Of a stretch of DNA of 64,000 nt, positions 1 to 13,529 are shown in pieces. The position numbers were made by a program, and so were the translations under genes. Numbering within the stretch: position 1 is the stretch's first letter; every line of letters begins with the position of its first letter. The notes beneath the pieces are model-generated. The model saw nothing but the letters and a program-made list of their open reading frames with translations, was not told where the DNA came from and did not search any database. The DNA comes from the human T2T-CHM13v2.0 reference genome, Homo sapiens: NCBI RefSeq assembly GCF_009914755.1, contig NC_060944.1; one strand, written 5' to 3'.

Positions 1-471
1 TTCAATAAACAAGTAAAAATCACTGTAAGTACAATGACTAACATGAGTTTTCAGAACCTAAAACCTGGATGAGCATGAATTTCCTCCTTATCATCCAGAG
101 CTAATATTCATGAGCACAAAAAGTGGCATTGATGAGCACCGAAGTTTGTGGGCAGATGTAGTATTTACTGGAGGCAGGGACAGGCACACCTTGTGCAACA
201 GGAGCAGAGGCAGAGAGGGTGCAGCTCAAATCCCCTGGACATGCAGCCCCCGGGGCACCAGGGCTAGCCACAGTGCATGCTGCACAGGCAGACAGAGAAG
301 GCTCTAAATGAATGGAAGAGACCCACAGAGTCACCTCTACTCATTAATGTGCTGTGCAGGCCTGCCTGGGGTCAGATAGAAACACTTGATGTGTGCCTGT
401 GTCTGTTCTTGCCCATCAAATACACATATCAGCATTGTTAGGGATGTGAAGACACAGACTCCTAGCTCCTT

Positions 472-473
<2 letters not shown>

Positions 474-512
<39 letters not shown>

Positions 513-990
513 CCCACTTCCTTCCCTCCTCCTCCTCCCCCCCTTCCTCCCTCTCTCCCTCTCTCTCTTCCTCCCCTCCTCCTCCTCCCCCCTTCCTACT
601 TCTCTCCCTTTCCTCTCTCTTTCCCTCTCCTCTCCCTCTCTCTCTACCTTCTCTCTCCTACACTCTCCCTCTCTCCCTCTCCTCTCTCCCTGTCCTCTCC
701 CTCTCTCTCTACCTTCTCTCTCTCTCCTACACTCTCCCTCTCTCCCTCTCCTCTCTCTCTGTCCTCTCCTTCTCTCTCTACCTTCTCTCTCTCTCCCACT
801 CTCTCCTTCTCCTCTCCCTTTCTCTCTACCTGTTCTCCCTCTGCCTCTCTCTATCCCATTCTCTTTGTCTCTCTCCCTCTATCTACGCTCTCTCTCTCTC
901 TCCCAGTCTGTCTGCCTCTCTCCCTCTCTCTCTCCTTCTCTCCCTCTCTCTCACTCGGTCTACTCTCTGTCTCCACCCCACATTCCCCTG
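474..990. repeat. (TC)n microsatellite followed by a ~500-bp polypyrimidine low-complexity tract
   Basis: Almost purely C/T; contains a ~68-bp internal unit repeated about 2.5 times (~640-800). Confidence 0.95.
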
Positions 991-3403
991 TAGCTCCTAG
1001 AGCATCCAGGGGCAGAGGAGAGGCCTTCCCTAAAAACCCTTGGGTCACGCTGAGCCTCTGTCTTGGCTGCATGGTGCAGTTGCTTGCAAAATTAATACTG
1101 TATCTCATTCAATTAATGCATGCCTCATTCCTCTTGAGCTTAACAAGATTAAAAGAATGTCGGGTGCCTGGTCCCTGAATATGAATGAGAGACTTGCTCT
1201 CAGCCTGTGGCCACCCTATAATGTTAAAACAGTCAGAAGATTAATACACATCCACTCTGAGGTTCTTGCGCAGCACAGAGGGAGCCCATGAAGGTGATAA
1301 GAGCTGCAAAGAGGAAGAGGGTTCAAGGCACAGCTGGAAGTGCCATGCACCAGCCCTGGCAAAATCCAGGGCTGGCATTCGTTGGTTTGTGGGGCAGCAG
1401 AAACCTGCTTTGGCCGGGGTTGAATTTCTCACCTTCCAGTTGAGTGGGCCATTCAGTCCTGGTCATCTCGGCACTAGGCAAGTTCAAGAGCATCTGAGCA
1501 AGTGAACGCCAGCCTCTGTCTATTTCCCACCCACAGAGTGGGCGTGACTTTGCACAAGAAGAAGCTGCACTGACCAGTTTATTCTGTGGTTCATTGGTCA
1601 CCTGCATTAAATAAAGTTTTTAAATAAATAAAAACATAGGTGGACCAAAAGCAAAATACAGAGTCTTAAATTTCCTATCTCCTTATAAAATGAACCATAA
1701 AATTTAACATCTGGAAAGTTCAAACCAAAGACTAGGCTTATTCTAGATAATCTTCCTCCAGGAGAAAGAATGCTAACTGATAACTGGGTGTTTGTTGTCA
1801 AAAATGGTGATTACACTTATGGGTTAATAGTAGAAGATGGATAAGCAGAGCCTGTTATTCATTCTTCTGGACCTGTTATTTGTGTTGGGGAGAAAATCAA
1901 CTAAATAAGGTAATAATGCCAGATATTTATTCACCAAATATTTGTCAAGCTTAAAATAAATACCAAGCATCATGTTGATCCTCAAGGACATGGAAGTGAA
2001 CAAAATAGACACATGCCCTATACTCAAAGACCATGCCATCTGGTGGTATATGAAACACGCAAATAAGTAGTTGCGATAGAAGGTTAAAGGTACACAAGAA
2101 GAGGGCTATGAGCACTGAAGAGGAAAGTGAGATCCTCGAGTCTCCTGAGGACTGAAAGTAGTAGTCCCTCAGGAAAGAAAGCAATTTCATGTCCATTTCA
2201 GCTGCCTGGCAAGGACCTGGGTGGCTTTTAATTCGATTGACGTGCTCGCCATGTTAGAGAGTGAGGCTTGTGAAATAGTGTCCTTCAGGCACAACATCCT
2301 TTGGCCACCGGGGACAAGGAAGGAGTTTTGGGGCCCAGATTTTGACTGTGCATGGCCCAACCCCTTCATTCCATAATCGCAGTGGGTGGAAAGACTCAGG
2401 TCAGCTTCACTAGCACTCTAAGCTCCATGCCACAGAATTGTGAACCCACTGACCCATCCAGATGACAAAGCCTGGAGAGAGGCATGTGACCCCGTCAGCG
2501 AAGTTTTGAGGGTAGTGATGGAGAGACAGCACACCCAACCCAATGGCGGCTACTGAGATCCCCCTGGAGAGGCCTTTGTGGATGGCCAAACGGGGACCGG
2601 AGGCCTAGGAGCACCAGCTCTGCGGGGGCAGCGCCAGCACCTTCACCCTGTGCCCCTGTGTCTTAGGATTGTGTGTCCCACACTATCCTGGACTGCAGGA
2701 CTTTGCTCCTTCCCAACATTCTGTGAGAAATCACTCCCACGAGGCATCAGAGAGGAACACAAACTTTACAGCGATGCTATAGGGAAGAAAGGAGAGGCAG
2801 CCGTCAGACACAGAATTACTAATACAGTTTAGAATAGCCATCTCTGCCTTTCTGTCCTCTCCAAAGTCCCTCTCAGCTACAGTGCAAATGGGAGTTCCTC
2901 TTTCCTGACCCCACCCGCTCCTGCACTGCCCCTGCCCCTCTCTCTGTCCCCTGCCCTCTGCCCTCTGCCTGCTGGAATTTCTCCTCAAATATCAAATATT
3001 GATTGCCTCCCCCATCTATCATATGTAGTAGCTTTATTTCTCCCTTAAAACTTGGCTGCAGCCGACACCCAGTTCTCTGAGGCCAAGCTTCTACTTAGAA
3101 ACGAGCTTATCAAAGCATCGCTTCAGCAAAGGTGGTCTCTCCCATCATGAATTCTAGTAAGTTTTGCTAGGGGAATAAAATTGGCTTTAAATCATTACAT
3201 CAGCAAAGATGTGGGTGGGATGCAGAAAGGAGCCAGTAGGACCGTCTGTGCCTCTTTCTTGATCCCTGGACTGCACAGTGGCCCCAGAGCACCTGAGATC
3301 TCCAACCATTCCAAGTACCCAGGGCCCAAGCCCTCCTCCACCTCCTTGTCTCCTGCGAACTGGGGAACCCAAACATGGTGTCCTCTGCTCAACGTGTCCA
3401 CAG

Positions 3404-3579
3404 GCATCCGGATGCTGGACCAGCCATTCATGACAGACATCATCGAGGCCTCCTCCATCAGTCATATGCCACAGCTGATTGACATCTACAGCGCCAGCTG
3501 GGGCCCCACAGACAACGGCAAGACAGTGGATGGGCCCCGGGAGCTCACGCTGCAGGCCATGGCCGATGGCGTGAACAAG
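3404..3579 (+). CDS. PCSK2: Prohormone convertase 2 internal coding exon (probably exon 8 of 12; subtilisin-like catalytic domain)
   Basis: CAG acceptor 3401-3403, GT donor 3580 (AAG|gtaagg); 176 bp; translates [59 protein letters not shown] with the kexin/furin-family YSASWGP motif. Confidence 0.97.
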
Positions 3580-4244
3580 GTAAGGGGGCCGGCCCCCTAG
3601 GCCCCGGCCACTCACAAGTTGGGACAAAGTGGGTGGAGGGGTAGATGCAACTGGGTGAACCACTGTCACCCTGTGTGTGAGCCCAGGTCCTGCAGGAATC
3701 AGACAGCACAGGGGCTTAGCCATGCAGGAGGCTGACTGCAGGGAGGCCTGTGATGGATAAGGAGAGAGGGCAGAAAAGCCTCAGACGCGATGCCTACCTG
3801 GCTCCTGCAAACGACAGTGGGAAGGAAGGGGCCGGGCGGGGAGGGTCTCAGACAGCAGTCCCCACGCCAAAGCTGCCCATCACAGACAGAAAGGGGCCTG
3901 CACTGGCACCCCCACCACCCACTCAGTCGTTGGCTGGCAGTAGCACACAGGATTTTGGGTCTCGGCGCACACAGGGCGGTAGATCCAGGAGGCAGCAGCC
4001 AAGACTATGACCACAATGCTCGTGGGGCAGGGGGTCTGAGCATGCATTCTCACAGCTGCTCCTCTGAGATTAGCCCAGGCTTGGACAGAGCTGAGGAGAA
4101 GGAAGCTGGGCAGAGCCTCCAAAGGGATGAGATGCAGGTCAGTGCTGCATAGGGAGGGGAAGGGGGCCCCTTCTCTGAGACGCTGGGGCTGGAGCCACCC
4201 CAGAGGAGACATGACTCCAGGCTCAGGGACCAGAGGATTTCTGG

Positions 4245-4360
4245 GCTCCAGTCTATCAGGAAGTGACTTAGCCTCGCCTGTAAAACGGTGATAATGAGGG
4301 GTCACTATGATGTATAAATGAGATAAAGATGCAACTGCTCGGCACTGAGAAGTGCCTGCA
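4245..4360 (+). mobile_element. MIR SINE fragment
   Basis: Degenerate MIR core (aagtgacttagcctc...ctgtaaaacgg...taaatgagataaagatgc). Confidence 0.55.
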
Positions 4361-4389
4361 AAGAGTCAGAATTTGTCCCAGTCTCGACT

Positions 4390-4535
4390 GCCGCTTAAGC
4401 AACCACCCCAAAACTTCATAGCACAGAACACAACTCCTTTACTACGCTTGGGATGCTCTGGGTCAGGAATTTGGACCGGGCACACTGGGGATGGCTCATC
4501 CATCCTCCATGATTCCTGGGGCCTCAGCCGATAGA
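4390..4535 (-). mobile_element. MaLR (MLT1-type) LTR fragment
   Basis: caaccaccccaaaactt...ctctgggtcaggaatttgg...ctggggatggctc resembles MLT1; subfamily uncertain. Confidence 0.45.
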
Positions 4536-5289
4536 TTCGTTACTTGAGCATCCATTACCAAACTGTTGCGTCTTCATGAGCTGTTCTGATGCATCCATCT
4601 ACTTGCCACGCGTGGCACAGCTCCCACCCCTAGGCTTACGCAGTCTTCTCAGGCCTGTCCTGGCTGCCAGGCCAGCAGTTCCCCCCCCACCCCCACCGTG
4701 CTCCCAGAGGACTCTCTGTAATCAGCCTGGACGTGGGACTCACACCACAAGGTCACTGCCGTGTGTGGAGTGAGTTGTCTGGTGTTAAGTGAGGGAAAGG
4801 ACAGTGTGTGAGATTTTGTGTGTGGCTTTTGGAACTCCATTTTGGGAATGTTTTTAAATTTGCTTCTTAGATTTTGGTAAATTTCAAATAGATGAAATGG
4901 CTATAGAAACCAGCACTATTATAAATATTTTATAAAATGCATCTGCTCCACATACACATTTAAGTTATGTACAGTCTGTTTATGGAAAATGCATAAACTC
5001 ATTACTTATACATTGATAACACTAAAATAAGTGAATGTACAGAACGCTATGTTTAACGCGGGCATAAAAAAGAGAATATTGAAGAAAATAAGAGTGGGCA
5101 ATTGAAGGCTGCTTTTCCATACATTTCTTGAGGTCAGAAAACATGTGTTTTCCTGCCCAGACCATCCTCAGGAACTGGCCCGGGGTTTGAGAACATAGTG
5201 GATGAGCTGTTCAGGGTGCAGATATGGAATTAATGCAGACACGAAATGGTACGGTTGAGAGGCTGAAAGTCACATCGAAATCTATGACT

Positions 5290-5712
5290 ACAATGGATGC
5301 CATTGGTGCCCACCAAGATCCCCTTTACCAGGCCTGGGGGCCACCCCAGCTGCTGTGAGTGTTGGCTGCTGATGGCTCACAGTGGGCCCTCTCACGAAGC
5401 ATTGCCTTGACGATGGAATCTTCTCTCCCAGAAAGTTATGCCCCCCACACCCAGGGCACAGCCCACAGCCGATGACTAAGGCAGGAGCCTGTTTGCCTCC
5501 AACAGGGAGGAGTCTTCAATGCAATTTATGGTCCAGAGCCCCCTGTGGGCCAGGCCAAGGGAAAGCTTTACCCAAGACTACATAGTTTTGGAGTTCCTTC
5601 CCCTCTGTATCTTACTTCACTTCCTTGCTCGCAGGTTGCTCCTGAGAGCCCTCCCTCAATGAGTCTGGGGCAGCCGAATCTCTGCCTCAGGCTCTGCTTC
5701 TAGGGAACACCT
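5290..5712 (+). mobile_element. ERVL-class solo LTR (LTR16/LTR33-like)
   Basis: Ends in ctcaggctctgcttctagggaac, a terminus shared with other copies in this window. Confidence 0.5.
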
Positions 5713-5816
5713 CCCACAAACACTGCCTCAAAATTTACCCCATTAGGTTTCCCTTTTTCCTTTGGCTGCCAGGAAGCTTAGAACTAAGTGTGTGCCTATT
5801 ACCATTGGTTTTTTAG

Positions 5817-6117
<301 letters not shown>

Positions 6118-7039
6118 TCTTCCACCCCATTTTTCTCCATCTCTTCACCACTCACAGCCTCCAAAATCATCCCTTAGCTTCTGTCCCTGTGTCCGTGTTT
6201 GTATTCCTAGTGAGTCTAAGCCTCTGAATGCTAGGCAATGTAAAATTTGTAAAAGAATTGATGAAATGAGCTCAGTCTGATTAGATTATATTTAGCCATG
6301 AGAAATCTAACTTTGGATCCTTACTAAATTGTTGCTTGCTTACACACATTCCTAGTCTTACCAGACTAAAGCATCTCACTGGACAAAAATTGGCAAGTTC
6401 ACATGTAACTTCCTCAGAGTCTCAGCCCTAAACAATAGTAAACAATATTTCAAACCAAGTGGAACCCTTCAGCGCAGTGGGTGGCCAACTTTGGTACACA
6501 GGCTGGATCTAACCCCCAGACTTGCTTTGCAAAGACAGTTTCCTTGGGACACAGCCAGGCCCTTCCAGGTCTTTGTGACACTCTGGGCACCTCCAACCAC
6601 AGCTGTCACGGGTCCCAGGGGAAGGAAGCACATAGGGCACCAAATGAAGGGGCTCATCTCTCAGAATCAGGCTTTTCTGGATGCTGGTCAACATCTCTGT
6701 CTTCACTAGAGAGCCGACACTGCACAGCAGCAGGTCCGTCCTGTTGCAGGGATATTTCAGCAGGTGGAGAGCTCTTGACAGTGGAGAGACCTGAGTTTTA
6801 ACCTCAGTCCTGCCCCCCATTGGCTGGGGAACTTCAGACTAGTCGATGTCTCCATTCCTCACTTTTTGCAAAATGGTCTGAGTCAGTGCTTCTCAAAGTG
6901 TGGCCACAGCCCACCTGGGAGAGTGAAAAATGCAAAACCTCAGCGCCTCCTCCCCTCCCACAGATGCCGCATTTTAACAAGATCCCATTAAAGTTTGCAA
7001 GGTGTTGCTCTACGTGATCTTGAGGATCCAAATCATCTA

Positions 7040-7607
<568 letters not shown>

Positions 7608-8170
7608 TCAGGCAAGACCTCATAGTGCCTGGGACCAGACAGACATCCTGATCCAAGGTGGCTGCAGGATGCCAGCCCCAAGAATGTGTGGAAAGCCACA
7701 GGAGGGCTCTGCGGTCACGGGGCTAGGCCACACTCACCCTGTTTGCTTCTCCCCGGTTTCGTGGCTCCGGCTCTCCAACTCACCCTTCCCCTTCCTTGAG
7801 GCTTATGCTTAGAGGTGTTTCCACTTGGACACCACCCCATTGGCACCCTTGCTTGTTACAATCTGTCAGCCTCTGCTCCAGCTGCTACCTGCCCTTGATG
7901 CTTTCAGGGAAATTTTGGCTCAAAATTAGGGGAAACACCCCAAGATGAGCCTCCAAAACCAAGAAGTGTGGTTCTGTTGGGAAGGTTTGGAACTTGCAGG
8001 GTCAGAGGCCAGTCAGAAGGTTTCTAACAAAACCCCTTTCTTTCTCCTCTGAGGACATCAAAGGGTAGTTGTCTATATTCACAGTCTTCTTAGGCATCTG
8101 ATGGAGTAATTTCTTCTGAGCTGTTGAATTCTTTCAAAGGTCTGAACAGAAATATAAGACTGTATGCCCC

Positions 8171-8524
8171 TGTATTAATCTGTTTTCATGCTGTTGGTAA
8201 AGACATACCTAAGGCTGGGCAATTTACAAAAGAAAGAGGTTTATTGGACTTACAGTTCCACATAGCTGGGGAGACCTCACAATCATGGTGGAAGGTGAAA
8301 GGCATGTCTTACCTGGTGGCAGACAAGAGAAGAGAGCTTCTGTAGGGAAACTCCCCTTTTTAAAACCATGAGATCTCATGAGATCTCATAAGACTTATTC
8401 ACTATCAAGAGAACAGCATGGGGAAGACTCGCCCCCATGATTCAGTTACCTCCCACTGGGTCCTTCCCACAACATGTGGAAATTCAAGATGAGATTTGGG
8501 TGGGGACACAGCCAAACGGCATCA
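8171..8524 (-). mobile_element. THE1 (MaLR) solo LTR
   Basis: TG...CA termini; tgtattaatctgttttcatgctg...aaagaaagaggtttattggacttacagttccac...gggtggggacacagccaaac; 5-bp TSD gcccc/gcacc. Confidence 0.85.
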
Positions 8525-8534
8525 GCACCTCTTC

Positions 8535-9115
8535 TGTTGTGGGTTCAATTGTGTCCCCAAATATTCATATGTTGGGGTCCTAATCCCCAATACCTCATAA
8601 TGTGACCTTATTTGGAAATAGGGTCATTGCAGATATAATTAATTAAGATGATGTCATATTGGAGTAGGATGGGCCCCTAATCCAATATGATTGGTGTCCT
8701 TATTTAAAAGACAAAAAAAAAAAAAAAGAACAGGAACATCTGGGCACAGATAGGCACACAGGGAGAACAGCATGTGAAGATGAAGGCAGAGGGGCTGGGG
8801 ATGCATCTACAAGCCCAGGAGAGCCAGAGATGGCCAACAGCCCACCAGGAGCTGGGAGAGGAATGGGATAGATTCCTTCTTCAGAACTTCTAGGAATGGA
8901 ATTGAATCTATTATGTCTCCAGAACTTCTAGAGATGGATTCTATTCCTAGAAGTTCTGGAGACGGAAGTGTCAGCAGGGTTGGCTGACACTTCCGTCTCC
9001 AGGATTTCTAGGCAAGAAATTTCTGTTGTTTAAGCCACTCAGTTTGTGGTCCTTTGGTTGTTACTTTGGTCCTTTGGTTGTGGTCCTTCGGTAGCAGCCC
9101 TGGCAAACTAATGCA
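8535..9115 (+). mobile_element. MLT1 (MaLR) solo LTR with internal rearrangement
   Basis: tgttgtgggttcaattgtgtcccc...aatgtgaccttatttggaaataggg...tgttgtttaagccactcagtttgtgg...gcagccctggcaaactaatgca. Confidence 0.85.
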
Positions 9116-9387
9116 CCTTCCAGTCTTAGAATGGATCATCAAAAAGGAGGTTTGGCAGTGTGGGAATGACCTGCTCACTGTTCAAGGTCACCTTGATGTC
9201 ACCTGGCCCTCTGCTTTACAGCCAAGATGGTCAATAGTTGATCCAATTACTACTTTTTTCTTCTAGTTCAGGACCTTGAGAAGTCTCCCTCCCTCCCTTC
9301 TCTGATGTAGCTTCCTCGAAGGAATGAGCGTGTGAAAATGCTCACGATGCAGTCCTAGGAGAGAAACATGTTTCCAAGTTAGGGAGA

Positions 9388-9525
9388 GTGCTGTGCTGAA
9401 ATGCTCCCAATAACGTCACACTGGGAGCTTGAAATTCAACATGGAAATTGACGAACACTAAAAATAAAGCCCTTTTACGCCCCCTTCAGGGAGCTGGTTG
9501 TTAAACATTGAATAGCACACCTCTC
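9388..9525. mobile_element. hAT DNA transposon fossil (MER63-like)
   Basis: gtgctgtgctg...gagctggttgttaaacatt...agcacac termini. Confidence 0.45.
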
Positions 9526-10625
9526 GTTAGAGGACTCTTCTGACTTCCCTTAAATTATAGCACTTACATACCTATGTGTTCTCCCTGCAAGTAACAGCCA
9601 CCCTTGCCTTCATGAGTCTGGAAGTTCCCTTTGCGAAGTGGAAAAGCTGGAGGAAAAACACCTGAAACCCCAAGGTTTTATGTTTCCCCAAAATGACAAG
9701 TTTCCCAACCAGAGTCCTAAGTTACCCCAAGACTGTGGAGGACAACTTTTCTAAGTCAAGGAAAGATCTCACACTTTAAGGAATTCACCACTCTTACATT
9801 AAATACAAGGATCCCAAAAACACAATTATGAGATGGGAAACAGAGTCCTCGAAGTGAACATCATGGTGACAGCAGCTAAATGTCCATTGCTACACTGTTC
9901 AGGAAATAGTGAAGACGCTTTATTACAAGGTTATGCCAGTCTGCTGTTGAAATTCAACCCATCTGAAACAGCAACAGGAGCCTGACATTTGAGTGACACA
10001 ATGCGGTTTACAGAGAATGTCTGCCAACAGGATCAGGTGGCAGGAAAGTGACGTCCCTACCCTGTTTCAATGCCTGGTCTCCTTAAGAAGCATTTAGGAT
10101 GAAATTTTTGATGCACAGACAGCCTGTTTCCTTATTGCATTATTCATTGTGTGACTGGAGAGAAATTGTTACACATCCAAGCCCCAGACCAGGTGACAGC
10201 AGGTGCCCAGGGGAACAGTTGGCAGATTCCCCCTTTCCTCAGCAGACATGGATTTTCACTGAGAGGCACTTTTTTTGACACCTGAGGCCAAAAGAGAGTC
10301 GGGAAGGTAGGAGATGTGTGCCCTCTGTCCAGACTGACAGTGCAGATGGTGGCAGCGCTCCACATCCCTGGGTGCCCCTGTCATTTTCCACGGACTTCTG
10401 CACTTCTCCACTGCCTCTCGAAGCAGGATATTTCTCTCTCCTCCATCTGTAGCCTCCCTGGCTGCAGGTGAAAAGGCCCTTTCAAGTGTGATTGTCCTGC
10501 AAAGCATGCCGAGCCCGCTGAAGCTTAAGAGAAAAATTGTTATGACTGATCTTCAGATGACAGCAAGTACATCTTTTAGAAAGTGGAGTGAGTATGATGA
10601 AAAATACATTATTTCACATTTGACT

Positions 10626-10695
10626 TTTCCCCAAGAAATGGGAATAAATTTCCCCAAGCAATGGGAATAAATTTCCCCAAGCAGTGGGAATAAAT
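10626..10695. repeat. 23-bp tandem repeat x3
   Basis: tttccccaagMaRtgggaataaa repeated three times. Confidence 0.9.
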
Positions 10696-11286
10696 CTTTC
10701 CTTGTTTCAAGGTGACATTTTTTGGACAACATTGTAGCATTTTGGAAGTGAGGGTTCATTGTGCATTAGCGAAGGTTTTCTCCTAGTGACTTCCACTGCC
10801 TGGTCTACTCTAAGGAAAAATCCACTTCTGAAAGGCAATCTTCACACAAACAAAGGAGTCAGAGAATTACCTGTTACACAAGGCACTTCTTACGTTTGTC
10901 TTTCAATTTTATCATCCTGTACATATGTTTTGTTTGACCAACATGGTAATGATTAAAAGGAAGAGAACAAAGAGGAGATGGATAAGAGACTTTTATCGGG
11001 GCATGCACTGTTTGCCATAGATCCCACCATTCCCAGTTGTCTGACGGCTGCTTCACACAAACATCACCTACCTGACTCCTTAGGGATTTGAAGTTTGCAC
11101 CTCCTACATTTGCTTAGTAAATACTTGAGAGAAGCAGTGTGGAGTGGGCAAGAAGGAAATCCTTTTTTTCTTTTGCTTAGTAGTCTATGTGTTGGGTTTA
11201 CAGTTACAGCATTTTTCACGTTGTATATGGGAAGAGGGTGACAGTCAGAGGCCCCTGAATTACCAGAGGGTTCAATAATTGACTTC

Positions 11287-11720
11287 TGTCTTAGTTTTAG
11301 ATCTCCTAGAAGCAGATCCTGAGGCAAGATTTGGGATCAAGTAGTTTATTGGGAAGGTGAAGAGAATACCAGTGATGAATGGGAGGTGTGGCAGGAAAGA
11401 GACAGGGCCAGTTAAGTGTATGTTATCCTGCCAGTCATCGCTGTCAGCAACTGGAGCTTAATGCCACTGGGAAACTTCAGAAAACCACACCAAAACTTGA
11501 GAACACACCCCAAAGGTATCCCACCCTGTGGGAAAGGAGCTGGAATAAAACCCATTGATGAGGTTTGTTCCCAAAACCTTGTAAATGCCCCAGTGCTTTC
11601 AGCCTGAGGACAGATGCACAGAGCAGCCTTTCAGCCTCTTGGGAGGAAGCCCTTAGACAAAAAGATGCATATGCTGACATTTGGAAACTCCCAGGCACAG
11701 GGAATTCTAAAGCCCAAGGG
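11287..11720 (-). mobile_element. ERVL-class solo LTR (LTR16/LTR33-like)
   Basis: tgtcttagtt...tagaagcagatcctgaggcaagattt...caagtagtttattgggaaggtga. Confidence 0.55.
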
Positions 11721-12620
11721 ATATGGGCTCACACACAACTCCCAAAGTGCAGCTTAAGCAAAACCTAACCTGAGACTTCGAGTCATCACTCTCTGGATAA
11801 ATAAAGCACTGGCAAGGTGATGTGTTTACTGTTCAGGAAAAGGATGTAGCCCTTGCAAAGAGGGAGCTACAAAAACCAGCCATTATGGGACACAGCATCT
11901 TATTTTGCTCTGACAACCAGAAGGGGAATTCGGGTGACGCTAGAAGGTCTTGAAAGTGACAACTGATTCATGAACGTCTTTCCACAACTTGAGGAAATGC
12001 AGCCACCCAGGGCAACCCTGGCACACCTTTTGCTGGCTCTGATGACTACATCCCAACTTCTTCTTAATCACTCTTCAGAGTTGCTGCTGGAGGGAATATT
12101 TTAGGAATATTTAAAGACAAGGCTACAAAAATTCTCTAAGGTACAGATGAGACAGCGCATTGATTGTTTACTCCCTAAGGGGCTGCAAAGGGCAAAGCAC
12201 AGAACTCAGGTCTTCTTCCAGCTGGAATGTATGGACAGGGACCACTTACAAGAAAACCACCATCCAGGAAAGCAGGGGACAGAGAGCTGCCTGGGGAGAC
12301 AGTGATTAATCAGGCATGGGCGAGGGGAGGCCACAGTGCCTCCTGCTGAAATTTAATCAGAGCCACGGGTCGTACACCATGGCGGCGAGTGCCAGGGCCT
12401 CTGGCAGACGATGAATGCCTCCTGCCAAGGAGCTCTCACGAATACTCTGTGAGCCCAGATTTATGCTCTGCAGCCAGATGAAGGTCGCAACTGAGCAGAA
12501 CTGCTGCAGCGTGGAATCTGCAGTTCAGCCTTGGAAACAGCTGGTGCCGTTACCGTCCTTCCTTTCATTTCTGGGATAAAGAGAACTAAGAGAAAAGTCT
12601 GGTGGGTTTCGGGTGATCCT

Positions 12621-12730
12621 TGTGACCAGCCGTCTCATTTTGCCAGGGACTTTCCTGTTTTTAGCATTGAAAAGTCCTACATCTCAGGAAACCCCTCAAT
12701 CCTGGGCAAACCAAGACAGTTGGTCACCCA
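12621..12730. mobile_element. hAT-Blackjack MITE (MER81/MER94-like)
   Basis: Inverted termini gtgacca...tggtcac around a ~110-bp element. Confidence 0.55.
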
Positions 12731-13529
12731 CCCTTTGGTGCTATTAGTAGCGTTGGCCCACCTGGGCCCAGTGAGAAATTCACCCGAGGTTAGAAGTTGA
12801 CATGAATGTAAACTCAGCAGCACCTCTGACATCAGAAAGATTCATCACTACAATGGCTGGATCCTTTGAGCAGTGAGACAGAATAACACAGGATTCTGAC
12901 CTCCAAGGTGGTTACACGAAAACCAGACAATAACTAAAGACAACCACAGGCGCCATCAAACACTGAATCGAGGTGAGGATTTAAATCAGAGGCCAGGGCA
13001 ACTGCATCATCCTTAGCTTGGCTTTTCCAGAGAACCTGATACCCTACTCCCGCTGAACTACCACAGAACCCACAGGGACTCTGCAGAGTCTGGAACTGAC
13101 CAGTGAAAGTTCCAAACTACAAAGGATACCATCTATCATCACTCCCACTCACAACTCATTGATTAAAATGGCTTATAAGACCTCACCCAACCACAAAGAG
13201 GCCTGGTCATGGGCTCAGACCGTGGACAGTTTGCAATATTTAGCAAGCAGCAGCAATGACTACCACAATGTGTACCGAAAGAGTTAGGTAGCTCAAGAGG
13301 TAACCAGTTGACCTAGTGAGGACAAATGTGCAAATGTCGAAGATGTTTGTGAATAGTTTGAATAAAATTTGCCAAAGATGTTCATGAATAATTTGAATAA
13401 AAGTTTTCATGAACTACGAGTGCAGAAAGGCAATATTCATAAATCAATACATTGTTTCATGTGCAATTTAAAATGTGTTTATTTTAAAATTCATATTTTA
13501 ATAACAGATTAAAGTAATATAATGGAAAA

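Noticed and set aside
386-1178. 204-aa and 235-aa Ser/Leu/Pro-rich ORFs
   Set aside because: Stop-free only because the CT repeat contains no stop codons; no splice or coding signature.
3187-3723. 178-aa minus-strand ORF and the 5' extension of the 3181-3600 ORF
   Set aside because: Shadow and intronic read-through of the PCSK2 exon; only 3404-3579 has splice sites and homology.
13340-13408. 35-bp imperfect direct duplication
   Set aside because: Two diverged copies in AT-rich DNA; ordinary slippage with no functional clue.
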